The notes under the pieces are model-generated. The model worked only from the letters and a program-made list of their open reading frames with translations. It was not told the origin of the DNA and did not search any database. A program made the position numbers and the translations under genes. 36,596 nt of DNA, taken from positions 1-36,596 of the forward strand of contig JBQLZK010000068.1 in NCBI GenBank assembly GCA_052168235.1. The letters are read 5' to 3'. This document shows, piece by piece, positions 27,843 through 36,596 of this stretch (the first letter of the stretch is position 1; each line of letters begins with the position of its first letter). This DNA is from Thainema sp. GTDB lineage: Bacteria; Cyanobacteriota; Cyanobacteriia; Phormidesmidales; Phormidesmidaceae.

Positions 27843-28436
27843 TTACCAATATCCCACACCTGTGATTTTCTCCTCCATTACTCCTAGCCGCAAGAAAACA
27901 TTGTTTTCATAGAGCCATCCATATTCCACTTCTTCCAGCGTTCTCGTTGCGTCCCCAAATGCCTGGGCAAATTCGGCATAACTCGCCTGACGATTCACCA
28001 ATTGTTGAAATGTATCGTGGTCGGTTTCACTGAAAGCATGATCCGTAGAGGTTTGGATAAAGCCAGATCCAGCAAATTGACCCTCCTCGGTATACGCGAT
28101 CGCAAAAAAGTTTTCACCTTGTTCCCAGCGGTAAGTCGTTTTGCGAGACATGATTTGATCCGGTGGGCCAATCTGATTAATCACTTCGGCATAAGCCATG
28201 CCTGGATAAAAGTTAGACGCGACGGCAGAGGCTTGGCCTGTACGGGGTTCTGCCTGCTTGGGTGAAGGCGAGGTTGCGACCGTCTGTTCAGTGGCAACTG
28301 CCAGTGAGCTTTCATCGCCAGACTGCATATCTTGCTGAGGCTGTTGCCGGGTGCAACCTGTGCTGACTAACCCAAAACCAACCAATACTGTGAGACAGCT
28401 CAACCCAACTAGAGGAATCTGTCGCCATGAGATCAT
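27843..28436 (-). CDS. Hypothetical lipoprotein with two BLIP/SmpA-like repeats
   Basis: Lipobox-like STG-C; GMAYAEVINQIG..YRW and ASYAEFAQAFG..YGW repeats. Confidence 0.7.
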   Translation of the reverse strand: MISWRQIPLVGLSCLTVLVGFGLVSTGCTRQQPQQDMQSGDESSLAVATEQTVATSPSPKQAEPRTGQASAVASNFYPGMAYAEVINQIGPPDQIMSRKTTYRWEQGENFFAIAYTEEGQFAGSGFIQTSTDHAFSETDHDTFQQLVNRQASYAEFAQAFGDATRTLEEVEYGWLYENNVFLRLGVMEEKITGVGYW

Positions 28437-28541
28437 AAAATCCCTCCCATCTATAAAGCCAATCTGTTACCTGTATAGCCTTGCTACAGTCAAACCAGTG
28501 AATTTTCCGAATAGTGACCTTTACAATCGTGGCAGTGAAAG

Positions 28542-29432
28542 TTGGAGACGCAAATTGTGAAAGTTGGAATCCTGGGTACTGGATTAATGGGTCAGCCGAT
28601 GGCGCTGAGGTTACTTGCTGATGGCTTTGAAGTGGTGGCCTATAACCGTACCCGCGAGAAACTTGATCCGATCGCAGATGCAGGGGGTGAAATTGTCGAT
28701 TCTCCTGCCGAGGTGATGCAAGCGGCGGACTGTACCCTGCTGATGGTGACGAATGCCGATGCGATCGCAGATCTGATTCTCAGCGACAGCGCTAAACCTG
28801 CGATCGCGAATCACACGATTATCCAAATGAGCACCATCGGCCCGCAGCAGAGCCGGTCTATCTGCAAAGATGTGCAGGCCGCAGGCGGAGAGTATTTGGA
28901 AGCCCCAGTGCTGGGCAGCATTCCCCAGGTGAAAGAGGGCACCCTGATTGTGATGGTGGGCAGTACGCCGGAGCAGTTTGACCAGTGGCAGCCGATTTTT
29001 CAGAGTCTCGGTTCCGAACCGCTGCATGTTGGTACCGTTGGGCAAGCGGCGGCGATGAAACTAGCGATGAATCAGCTCATCGGGTCGCTCACCAGCGCTT
29101 TTTCCACCAGCCTTGGCTTTGTTATGCAGCAGGACATTGAGCCGGAACAGTTTATGAGCATCGTGCGGCAGAGTGCGCTGTATGCGCCCACGTTTGACAA
29201 GAAGCTCCAACGAATGTGCGATCGCAACTTTGAAAACCCCAATTTCCCGACCAAGCATTTACTGAAGGACATGAACCTGTTTGCTGACGAAGCCAGCGCC
29301 GTCGGCATTAATACCGCTCTGGTCACTGCCGTCAGCCAAATTGTCCATCAAGCGGTGCAGCAGGGGTTGGCCGATGTTGACTACTCGGCTCTGTTTGCAG
29401 CGGTTTATCCTGATTCAACCACACAGCACTAA
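28542..29432 (+). CDS. NAD(P)-dependent oxidoreductase, 3-hydroxyisobutyrate dehydrogenase / glyoxylate-succinic semialdehyde reductase family
   Basis: GILGTGLMGQPMA, YNRT, MSTI, EAPVLGS, MKLAMN, LLKDM. Confidence 0.93.
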   Translation: METQIVKVGILGTGLMGQPMALRLLADGFEVVAYNRTREKLDPIADAGGEIVDSPAEVMQAADCTLLMVTNADAIADLILSDSAKPAIANHTIIQMSTIGPQQSRSICKDVQAAGGEYLEAPVLGSIPQVKEGTLIVMVGSTPEQFDQWQPIFQSLGSEPLHVGTVGQAAAMKLAMNQLIGSLTSAFSTSLGFVMQQDIEPEQFMSIVRQSALYAPTFDKKLQRMCDRNFENPNFPTKHLLKDMNLFADEASAVGINTALVTAVSQIVHQAVQQGLADVDYSALFAAVYPDSTTQH

Positions 29433-29439
29433 ACTTGGC

Positions 29440-29545
29440 CCTAAGGAACATGGATTTAATCAGGTGAAATCCTTGGGGTAGGGACACGGCATTGCCGTGT
29501 CCCTACAGATGAATGATTGACAGGCTATTTAATTCACAATCCTAA
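29440..29545. mobile_element. MITE/REPIN-like element of about 106 bp, copy 2
   Basis: GTAGGGACACGGC-ATT-GCCGTGTCCCTAC core; ends ACAGGCTATTTAATTCACAATCCTAA, like copy 1. Confidence 0.65.
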
Positions 29546-29625
29546 GTTGGATTTTTTAATAATCCTGATGTGGTAGTTTATTCCAGGAAAAATTAGCGTA
29601 TGAAATTAACGAGAGGAGTGAATCG

Positions 29626-30540
29626 ATGCACATTGCCCTGGGTAGCATGATGCACCTGATAGAGCCTCTTTCTGGTCTGTTGGGAGGGAATTCGCTGCCG
29701 CTGCACCTCTTGCTGCAAGCCGATGCGAATTCGGCGGTTGACTATGCTGAATGGTTGGGGGAACTCGCGATTCAGCTTGGGCTGAAAATACTAGCTGCGA
29801 TCGCAGTTTTGATTGTTGGCACCTGGATTGCCAAGTGGCTGCGCCGTTTAACTCGGCGGCTGATGACCAAGCGGGATGTGGATGCCACCGTTGTGGCGTT
29901 CATTGGCAATTTGGTCTACTACGGAGCATTGATCGCAGTTGTTATCGTCGCGCTCAGCCAGTTGGGCGTCGAGACGGCATCTTTTGTGGCCGTTTTGGGT
30001 GCGGCAGGCTTGGCAATTGGTCTAGCCCTCCAGGGTTCCCTCTCCAATTTTGCCGCTGGCATTTTGATTATTCTGTTCCGTCCGTTTAAAGCGGGTGACT
30101 TTATTGAAACCGCTGGCGCAATGGGCATTGTGGAACAAGTTGAGATTTTTACCACCACGCTCAAGACGCCGGATAACTGCAAAGTGATTGTGCCGAATTC
30201 CAGCATCTTGAGCAACAACATCAAAAACTTTTCCGGCTACCCGACCCGCCGCGTCGATATGGTCTTTGGCATCGGCTACAGCGATGATGTTGACAAGGCG
30301 CGACAGATTATTTGGGATGTGCTGAACGAGGACAGCCGGATTCTCGCTGACCCAGAGCCAACCGTCAGCCTGTTTCAACTGGCGGACAGCAGCGTTAACT
30401 TTGCCGTGCGGCCTTGGGTAAACGGTGCTGACTACTGGACAGTGATGTGTGACACAACCGAAACGATTAAGAAGCGCTTTGATGCAGCGGATATTAATAT
30501 TCCCTTTCCGCAACGTGAGGTGCATGTTTATCAAAAATAA
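29626..30540 (+). CDS. mscS: Small-conductance mechanosensitive channel MscS
   Basis: AVLGAAGLAIGLALQGSLSNFAAG, FRPFKAGDFI, IPFPQREV; AGGAG RBS. Confidence 0.93.
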   Translation: MHIALGSMMHLIEPLSGLLGGNSLPLHLLLQADANSAVDYAEWLGELAIQLGLKILAAIAVLIVGTWIAKWLRRLTRRLMTKRDVDATVVAFIGNLVYYGALIAVVIVALSQLGVETASFVAVLGAAGLAIGLALQGSLSNFAAGILIILFRPFKAGDFIETAGAMGIVEQVEIFTTTLKTPDNCKVIVPNSSILSNNIKNFSGYPTRRVDMVFGIGYSDDVDKARQIIWDVLNEDSRILADPEPTVSLFQLADSSVNFAVRPWVNGADYWTVMCDTTETIKKRFDAADINIPFPQREVHVYQK

Positions 30541-30672
30541 CGAGCAATAATGCGATCGCACCTCATTCAACTTTTGAAAGACCCGCTCAATCCCTGGTTC
30601 TGTCATGAGCTAGACGATATCGCTGTCTGTGACGCATAGGCTGGAAGGGATGTCACAAATAGCAAAACCTTT

Positions 30673-31227
30673 ATGGCAAAGCCTTTAGAAAATAAAAAAA
30701 TTGCGATTCTCGTCGCCAACGGATTTGAGCAAGTTGAGCTGACAAAGCCTCGTCAGGGACTCGACGACGCAGGTGCAACTACCCATATCGTGTCTCCCGA
30801 AGACGGACAGGTGCAGGGCTGGAATCACTACGACAAAGCCGATATGTTCCCGGTTGATGTCAGCCTCGACGACGCTAGCCCAGATGACTACGATGCGCTA
30901 GTGCTGCCCGGTGGCACGGTTAATCCTGACCAACTGCGGATTAACCTCAAGGCAGTTCGGTTCGTCAAATCATTCTTTGATTCGGGTAAGCCCGTTGCAG
31001 CCATCTGTCACGGCCCCTGGACACTGGCCGAAGCCGACGTGGTGCGCGATCGCAAGATGACCTCTTGGCCATCACTGGAAACTGACCTGAAAAACGCCGG
31101 TGCCAAGTGGGTCAATGAAACCGTTGTGGTGGATCGCGGTCTGATTACCAGCCGTAACCCCGACGATATTCCGGCCTTTATTGAAAAAGCGATCGCAGAA
31201 TTCTCGAAGCAGCCTGCCGCTGTATAG
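30673..31227 (+). CDS. PfpI/DJ-1 (YhbO-like) type 1 glutamine amidotransferase-domain protein
   Basis: GFEQVEL, YDALVLPGG, AAICHGPW, ITSRNPDD. Confidence 0.95.
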   Translation: MAKPLENKKIAILVANGFEQVELTKPRQGLDDAGATTHIVSPEDGQVQGWNHYDKADMFPVDVSLDDASPDDYDALVLPGGTVNPDQLRINLKAVRFVKSFFDSGKPVAAICHGPWTLAEADVVRDRKMTSWPSLETDLKNAGAKWVNETVVVDRGLITSRNPDDIPAFIEKAIAEFSKQPAAV

Positions 31228-31256
31228 AGCGAAGCTTCCACTTAACATTCCAAACA

Positions 31257-31300
31257 TAAACATTTTTGAGGGGCAGCACGCTGCTCCTCAAAAATGTTTA
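31257..31300. repeat. Near-perfect 21-bp inverted repeat with 2-nt loop
   Basis: TAAACATTTTTGAGGGGCAGC-AC-GCTGCTCCTCAAAAATGTTTA (one G:T pair). Confidence 0.85.
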
Positions 31301-31464
31301 AACTCATATCTGCACCTTGCCAATCAAGCACCCAAAGAGGTTGGTACGAAGGGCTGGTTGAAAAAGTGTAGAAGAGCGGTCTTAGCTGGTTTCAAGAGTT
31401 TGCCACACTTTGGTGAAAACGACGCTGAGGGGATGTATACCAATCTAGTGGCGTTTGTGGAGAT

Positions 31465-31689
31465 TTGTCTGTGTCTGTTGATGTGATTATTCTAATTGCA
31501 GCTTTGGTGGTGTCCTTCTTGGTCTTTACCTGGCTGCTGAAGATTGTAAAGACGACGCTTTCGACCGCAGTTGCGATCGCGCTTATTCTGTTACTGATTC
31601 AAATCGTTTTTGGCATCGGCCCAGTAGACCTCTGGCAACAGGGAACAGCGCTATTGCAGAACCTGTGGGAATCGGTTAGGCCGCAATAG
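31465..31689 (+). CDS. Small two-TM membrane protein
   Basis: Two hydrophobic helices followed by FGIGPVDLWQ; start TTG 31465 or GTG 31471. Confidence 0.75.
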   Translation: MSVSVDVIILIAALVVSFLVFTWLLKIVKTTLSTAVAIALILLLIQIVFGIGPVDLWQQGTALLQNLWESVRPQ

Positions 31690-31733
31690 CGCTCCGCTCA
31701 CAGAACACCCAATCCGCTGCTAGGAAAATGATG

Positions 31734-31769
31734 TGCCGTAGTAGTCAGCCTAAGCTGACTACTACGGCA
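31734..31769. terminator. Hairpin between convergent genes (possible bidirectional terminator)
   Basis: TGCCGTAGTAGTCAGC-CTAA-GCTGACTACTACGGCA, perfect 16-bp stem. Confidence 0.7.
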
Positions 31770-31821
31770 ATTAAAAGTTGGGTTTGACGACGAGCAGATC
31801 TCGTGTCAAGAAAGAGCCAAT

Positions 31822-32427
31822 TTAGCTGACTGGGGTTCGATTGTAGATCTGTCGGCCTGCCTCTAGCTGAGATGAAATTTGGTCGCGGTTGCCAATAAAC
31901 GTGTACTGATCATTGAAACTACTGTCTGGGCGCTCTCCCACAATGTAGTGCCGAATGGCCATATCAGGAGCATTGATGACCACCTGATCAGAGACGTATA
32001 CGTCTGCTTGTGGCGCATTTGGATCCGTTTCTTCTAACTGAGAGACGACCCACAATTCATCATTTACTGCATAAACGCTTTGAATCGTCAGGTTATAGCC
32101 GTCTGAGGGCACCTCTACTTCTGGATTGATTGTCCGTTCAATTGTTTCAGCATTCGGCACGCTGACATCAACGTAAGGCACCTCAACCGTTTCTTCTTCC
32201 TGAACGACGGTCACTCTAGGAACGGTAACGGTACGTTCTGTGACGCCGACCTCTACATCTGGGCCTTGGATATCGTATTCCGGGAGGCTACCAGGTTCAA
32301 CGTCTACATTAACATCAGGTAGGCTACCTGTTTCTTCCTGTTCCACTCGACAAGCCGCTAAGGGCAAAACAAGCAGTAATGCCGTGAGCGGAAACAGTTT
32401 TTTGAGACTTAGCTTTTGCGATCGCAT
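31822..32427 (-). CDS. Acidic Val/Pro-rich hypothetical lipoprotein
   Basis: AGGAG RBS before ATG 32427, lipobox LAA-C, LPDVNVDVEPGSLPEYDI..TVTVP..TVEVP motif. Confidence 0.8.
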   Translation of the reverse strand: MRSQKLSLKKLFPLTALLLVLPLAACRVEQEETGSLPDVNVDVEPGSLPEYDIQGPDVEVGVTERTVTVPRVTVVQEEETVEVPYVDVSVPNAETIERTINPEVEVPSDGYNLTIQSVYAVNDELWVVSQLEETDPNAPQADVYVSDQVVINAPDMAIRHYIVGERPDSSFNDQYTFIGNRDQISSQLEAGRQIYNRTPVS

Positions 32428-32737
32428 AATATCGCTCCTTATCTTATCTTCATGTCTATAGTTCTTATCCATCGTGAGTTGCCTATTGCCAGCTTGTTCG
32501 CTTAGCTTCTCACTTCGGTGGCTGTGTCAATTCGTATAACTGTGCCAATTTGAATAAGGTAAATATCTGATTGAACAGGAACCAGCCCTCAAGCGCTTGC
32601 CCACTTGCACGTGGTCGCTCAAGAGCTAGCATTCTGCCGCTGTCCTACCGTTTCTTATCTGGAGGACATTGAGTTTTAACCACACCCGATATCAAATTCG
32701 AAATCGGGTATGGCGCGGCTATTTCCCAAGCAATAAT

Positions 32738-33610
32738 CTATTGAGCACTTGGGTAAACTTCGTCAGCAACCAGTACGGGCCGATCGGTGTACTCTGCTTC
32801 AATCTGCTCCTGCAGATCCAAATCCCAAGTCAAATCGTAGTCCCGCTCGAATTCGGCTGCCACATAAGGCCGTAAAGTACCTGTAACAACCACCTCTTCA
32901 CCTTCCTCAACAGTTGGCAGAACTGAGGCTCCGATCACGAGAACTTCATCGCCTTCAAACCAACCTTCCTCTTGGAGCCGGAAGGCATTGGTTGAAAACT
33001 GTTCTCCGATCTCACCTGAAACTGCGATCGTCTGTCCGTAGTACTGTTCAGGTTGTTCGGTGACTTCTTCTGGGTCGGGCGAAAATGCAATCGATTCTGC
33101 AACAAGTGCAGGCCGATCTTCATACTCGGTATAGAGCTGTGGATCTAAATCGAGACCGTACTCTCGCTCGAAATCAGCAACAACTAGCTGGCGTACTTCA
33201 CCCGTGACTTGAACGTCTTCGGTAGGTTCATCATCAGTCGGGAGCAGGAATGGAGTTCCGGTGGCATTAAATACGACGACTTCTTCACCACCAAATAGCT
33301 GATCGTCTTGGAGCAAGAAGGAACTTTCTCCCAGAGCTGTTTCAGCTTCACCTCGGACTGAAACGGCTTGTCCTAAATAGTCTTCAACGTTGCCAGTTAA
33401 ATCGCCTAGCGCAACGTTATATTCTTCTGCAATCTCGGCGGGCTCTTCAGCCACGGGCTCTTCTGTCGTAACGTTTGGATCGACTGCGGGCTCTTCAGCC
33501 ACGGGTTCATTGGTAGGGCCACAAGCGGCTAGAGCGGCTGTGCTAGCCAAAACAAGTGCGATCGCACCGTTCCGGAATCTGCCCAACTGTGAATGTTTAA
33601 TCTGGGTCAT
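32738..33610 (-). CDS. Acidic hypothetical lipoprotein with two internal repeats (OB-fold-like)
   Basis: Lipobox LAA-C; two copies of Y.GQ...V.GE...V.VTG..R..V.A.FER.Y.L; paralogue of 34578-35435. Confidence 0.85.
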   Translation of the reverse strand: MTQIKHSQLGRFRNGAIALVLASTAALAACGPTNEPVAEEPAVDPNVTTEEPVAEEPAEIAEEYNVALGDLTGNVEDYLGQAVSVRGEAETALGESSFLLQDDQLFGGEEVVVFNATGTPFLLPTDDEPTEDVQVTGEVRQLVVADFEREYGLDLDPQLYTEYEDRPALVAESIAFSPDPEEVTEQPEQYYGQTIAVSGEIGEQFSTNAFRLQEEGWFEGDEVLVIGASVLPTVEEGEEVVVTGTLRPYVAAEFERDYDLTWDLDLQEQIEAEYTDRPVLVADEVYPSAQ

Positions 33611-34577
33611 AGCGAATCCTCAAACTTATCTTCATATTTGCAAAGCTGATATAGCGCTAACCCATTAAATCTAGGCTGTTCAGTCTACAAAGTCTGAACA
33701 CTGAACGTTAAGTCAAAAACGTTAAGTTGAACTTTTTTGAAACTTTGATTGAACACTTGAACATAGTAATGCTGCCGCCCTGCCAAAACAGTTTGTCGTG
33801 GCATGAAGCGACTGTCGCTATAAAAGCCTTGAGCTATTTCCAAGTCTATGTGTGAGGCGGCAAACTTCCTTCATCCCATAGTCGGGTAAGAGCTATACCA
33901 AATGAGCTATACCTCGCTGTCGTTGATGCAGGATGTCAATGTCTTATTGAGTAGGTCGAACAACTTAGCTACTCAGCCACGTTTACCGTTTCGCAAGCAT
34001 TTTCGACAGACATTTCCCTATTAAACCGTTGCTCTGCTGATTGGTGTTCTGCCTCCTTGGGTAAGGTTCATTTTCGCTCAAACTCGCTCCCTTGGTGGAG
34101 TAAGTAACAGTCACCACGACATACCGTGAATATAGCTGAATACTAAAAATTACATTTACACAGCCATCGCTAATTCTCATGTTTGCGTAGTGGAAATGTA
34201 GTGAAAATCCTGTTGTTGTAAAACGCTTGCATTACAGGCGTTTTTAATGAACAGCTCTAGGTTTTCACTCAACTTATATATAGTCCGATATTGCTTACCC
34301 AACACAGCAATTGAATGCGCAATTAAATCGCGCTGAACCTATATAAGGTTTGTCCCATAGTCGCAATGGAATCACAGAATCGCAAATTAGTGAGGAAAAT
34401 TTAGCTCATTTATTCTGTGGTGAATTAAGCGTGGCTAAATCGTTGATTACATGACCGAATCCCATTTGGTCGCGCCATCAATTAAGCGAGATTCAGCCTC
34501 TAGATTGCGATATCGCGGCTCAAGCATTAATCGATGGCTCAGATGAAAGCAGTGCTCTAGGAGAACAAGAAATTACT

Positions 34578-35435
34578 ATGACTCATCAAAATAAGAAATT
34601 GAGGTACTTACCTCAGCGCAATCGCTCAGTCTTAAGTGCGATCGCATTGGGAGCTGCACTATTCGTTCTCCCCGCTTGTAATACGGTGGGGGAAAATGAG
34701 GAAATCAGCGAAGGCCAAACCAACGTCACGACTGAGGATGTTTCCAGCGGACTGGACTCAACAGAAGGTACCGGTCTAGAAAACGTTGATACCCTAATCG
34801 GTCAAACGGTTACAGTCAGAAGCGCTGTACAGGAAACCGTAGGTGATTCTAGCTTTTTGCTAGAAGCCGATGGCGGCGAGTCCATTCTCGTGGTTAACGC
34901 GACCACAGCTCCCTTCGCTGTACCGACTGAAGAAGTTCCGGTACAGGTAACGGGTGAGGTTGCTGAGTTTGTTCAGGTTGATGTTGAAAACCAATACGGA
35001 TTGGATCTAGACGATGCAATCTATGGTGACTACGAAGGTCAGCCTGCCATCATTGCAGATTCTCTGGCTCTAGCACCAACGACCGAACAACTGACGCAAA
35101 ATCCTGATTTCTTCAGTAATCAGACGATCGCGATCGAAGGTGACGTACGGGGAATTTATTCTCCCAGCACCATCTCCTTATTTGAAGAAGGCTGGGTCGA
35201 TGACATTGGCCTGCTGGTAGTTGGTGTTGACCGCAGCTTGAAGGCTGAAGGAACCAACGTGCAGGAAGGCGAAACGTTAGTCGTTACTGGACAGGCTCAG
35301 CCCTTTGATGCGACTGCGCTACAGCAGCAGTACGACCTGGGTTTGACACCCGATCAGATTAACGAATTCACCGAAAGCTACGACCGACCCGTGATTGTAG
35401 CAGAGGAAATTTATCCTTCGGCGGTTGACGAATAG
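34578..35435 (+). CDS. Acidic hypothetical lipoprotein, paralogue of 32738-33610
   Basis: Lipobox LPA-C, AGGAG RBS; shares SSFLL, NAT..PF..PT, VQVTGEV, YGLDLD and RPV.VA.E.YPSA. Confidence 0.85.
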   Translation: MTHQNKKLRYLPQRNRSVLSAIALGAALFVLPACNTVGENEEISEGQTNVTTEDVSSGLDSTEGTGLENVDTLIGQTVTVRSAVQETVGDSSFLLEADGGESILVVNATTAPFAVPTEEVPVQVTGEVAEFVQVDVENQYGLDLDDAIYGDYEGQPAIIADSLALAPTTEQLTQNPDFFSNQTIAIEGDVRGIYSPSTISLFEEGWVDDIGLLVVGVDRSLKAEGTNVQEGETLVVTGQAQPFDATALQQQYDLGLTPDQINEFTESYDRPVIVAEEIYPSAVDE

Positions 35436-35546
35436 GTTCAGCTTGTCGATTGGTTACAGATCTCGCCCTAGCCCACAGCGGCAGCGATCGAATCTGTACA
35501 CGCCAACATGGCGCAGATTTCATGTGACAACTCACATGAAACATAT

Positions 35547-35573
35547 CTGCAAATACTGCAAATACTGCAAACA
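35547..35573. repeat. 9-bp tandem repeat (CTGCAAATA x2 + CTGCAAACA)
   Basis: Directly visible, 26 nt upstream of the general stress gene; preceded by the palindrome TTCATGTGA-CAAC-TCACATGAA (35519-35540). Confidence 0.7.
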
Positions 35574-35599
35574 CTAAAGCATTTAGTTAGAGGAAATAT

Positions 35600-36361
35600 A
35601 TGGCTATTCGAGAACAAGATACCCGCATGACTCCCAACAATCGCTCTTACAAGCGAGCAGTTGGTGTCTTCAAAAACCAAAGCGATGTCGAGCATATTAT
35701 TCGTCGGTTGAAAGACGATAACTACGATATGAATCGCGTGTCTCTGCTGGCTCGCAACGTCGATAACATCGAAGGAGCCGATGAGGTTCGTGATGAAACT
35801 CACGGCAATGAAGCGAAAGAAGGCGCTGGCATTGGTGCCAGCACAGGTACCATCTTAGGTGGTGTAACTGGCTTCCTGATTGGTGTTGGCGTTCTGGCCA
35901 TCCCTGGTGTTGGTCCAGTATTAGCTGCTGGTGCAGAAATCGGCGCGCTGGGTTCAACTCTAGCTGGAGCTGGAATTGGCGCAGCAACCGGTGGTATTGT
36001 TGGTGCTTTGATCGGCTTGGGTATTCCGGAAGAGAAGGCCAAAGTCTACGAAAATCGCATCAAAGCTGGCGACTATCTAATGATGGTTAGCGGTAACGAT
36101 GACGAAGTGCGTCGCGCTGAGTCAATCATGCGCGATCGCAATGTTGAAGAATTTGAAATCTTCGAAGCGCCTGAGAATACTCGCCCAGAGTCGAATACCT
36201 ATGTGCGGGAAGAGGTAGAGGTTGACCGTCGCGAAATTTCGGCGAATCAGCGGCCTGTTCGTGAAGGTAACGTAACGAAGACCTACGACCTTGATCACGA
36301 CAATGATCCTGAGGTAATCGTAGTTGATGAGCGGAACCAAAATCGTAATCCCCGCCGCTAA
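35600..36361 (+). CDS. General stress protein (17M/YflT-like N-terminus with glycine-zipper membrane segment)
   Basis: RAVGVF, GAGIGASTGTILGGVTG..LAIPGVGPVLAAG, GALIGLGIPEEKAKVYENRIKAGDYLMMV. Confidence 0.85.
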   Translation: MAIREQDTRMTPNNRSYKRAVGVFKNQSDVEHIIRRLKDDNYDMNRVSLLARNVDNIEGADEVRDETHGNEAKEGAGIGASTGTILGGVTGFLIGVGVLAIPGVGPVLAAGAEIGALGSTLAGAGIGAATGGIVGALIGLGIPEEKAKVYENRIKAGDYLMMVSGNDDEVRRAESIMRDRNVEEFEIFEAPENTRPESNTYVREEVEVDRREISANQRPVREGNVTKTYDLDHDNDPEVIVVDERNQNRNPRR

Positions 36362-36385
36362 AATTAACTACCAATAATTAACGCG

Positions 36386-36410
36386 AAAGGCCCGCACTGC
36401 GGGCCTTTTA
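36386..36410 (+). terminator. Rho-independent terminator
   Basis: AAAGGCCCGCA-C-TGCGGGCCTTTT, 25 nt after the stop codon. Confidence 0.8.
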
Positions 36411-36596
36411 CTTTGGTCGCAATTTTTCCGCTACAAGTAGTTTCAGCCAGTTACGAGTTATTAGCTAAAACCTAATAACTACATTTGAACGTGTAAGAAA
36501 AATGATTACGACGTTGTGTCTGTTAGTCTAGGCAAAGCATGCCTATAGCGGTTCTCATTCGAATGAGGTACAGTAGCAGTCGTTTATGAACCAGTT

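Noticed and set aside
33983..34180. 65-aa ORF in the long divergent spacer
   Set aside because: No RBS, motif or compositional support was seen.

Overview
This is a chromosomal segment of a cyanobacterium: the HIP1 octamer GCGATCGC occurs roughly 50 times by eye, and the flavodiiron genes are cyanobacterial type. Housekeeping and stress genes are ureE-ureF-ureG, a LuxR-type regulator, a rhodanese/sulfurtransferase, a polar amino-acid ABC ATPase, flv3-flv1, two MscS channels, pyrG, an APH-like/P-loop kinase, a CobT-like phosphoribosyltransferase, an MBL-fold protein, DUF92, a 3-hydroxyisobutyrate-dehydrogenase-family enzyme, PfpI/DJ-1, several acidic lipoproteins and a general stress protein. 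Six things stand out. (1) An intact but apparently catalytically dead MCP-like plus CheA-like gene pair. (2) A four-helix-bundle (23S-IVS-protein-like) ORF between flv3 and flv1, bracketed by inverted GTGAGGC heptamer arrays. (3) A small lipoprotein with eight (N/D)PCA cysteine repeats. (4) An orphan amino-methyltransferase. (5) Many small intergenic repeats, including a 26-nt element nested twice inside REP-like palindromes. (6) A candidate sRNA at the left end. No CRISPR array, tRNA, rRNA or transposase was recognised. All calls come from motif recognition by eye; no database searches were run.
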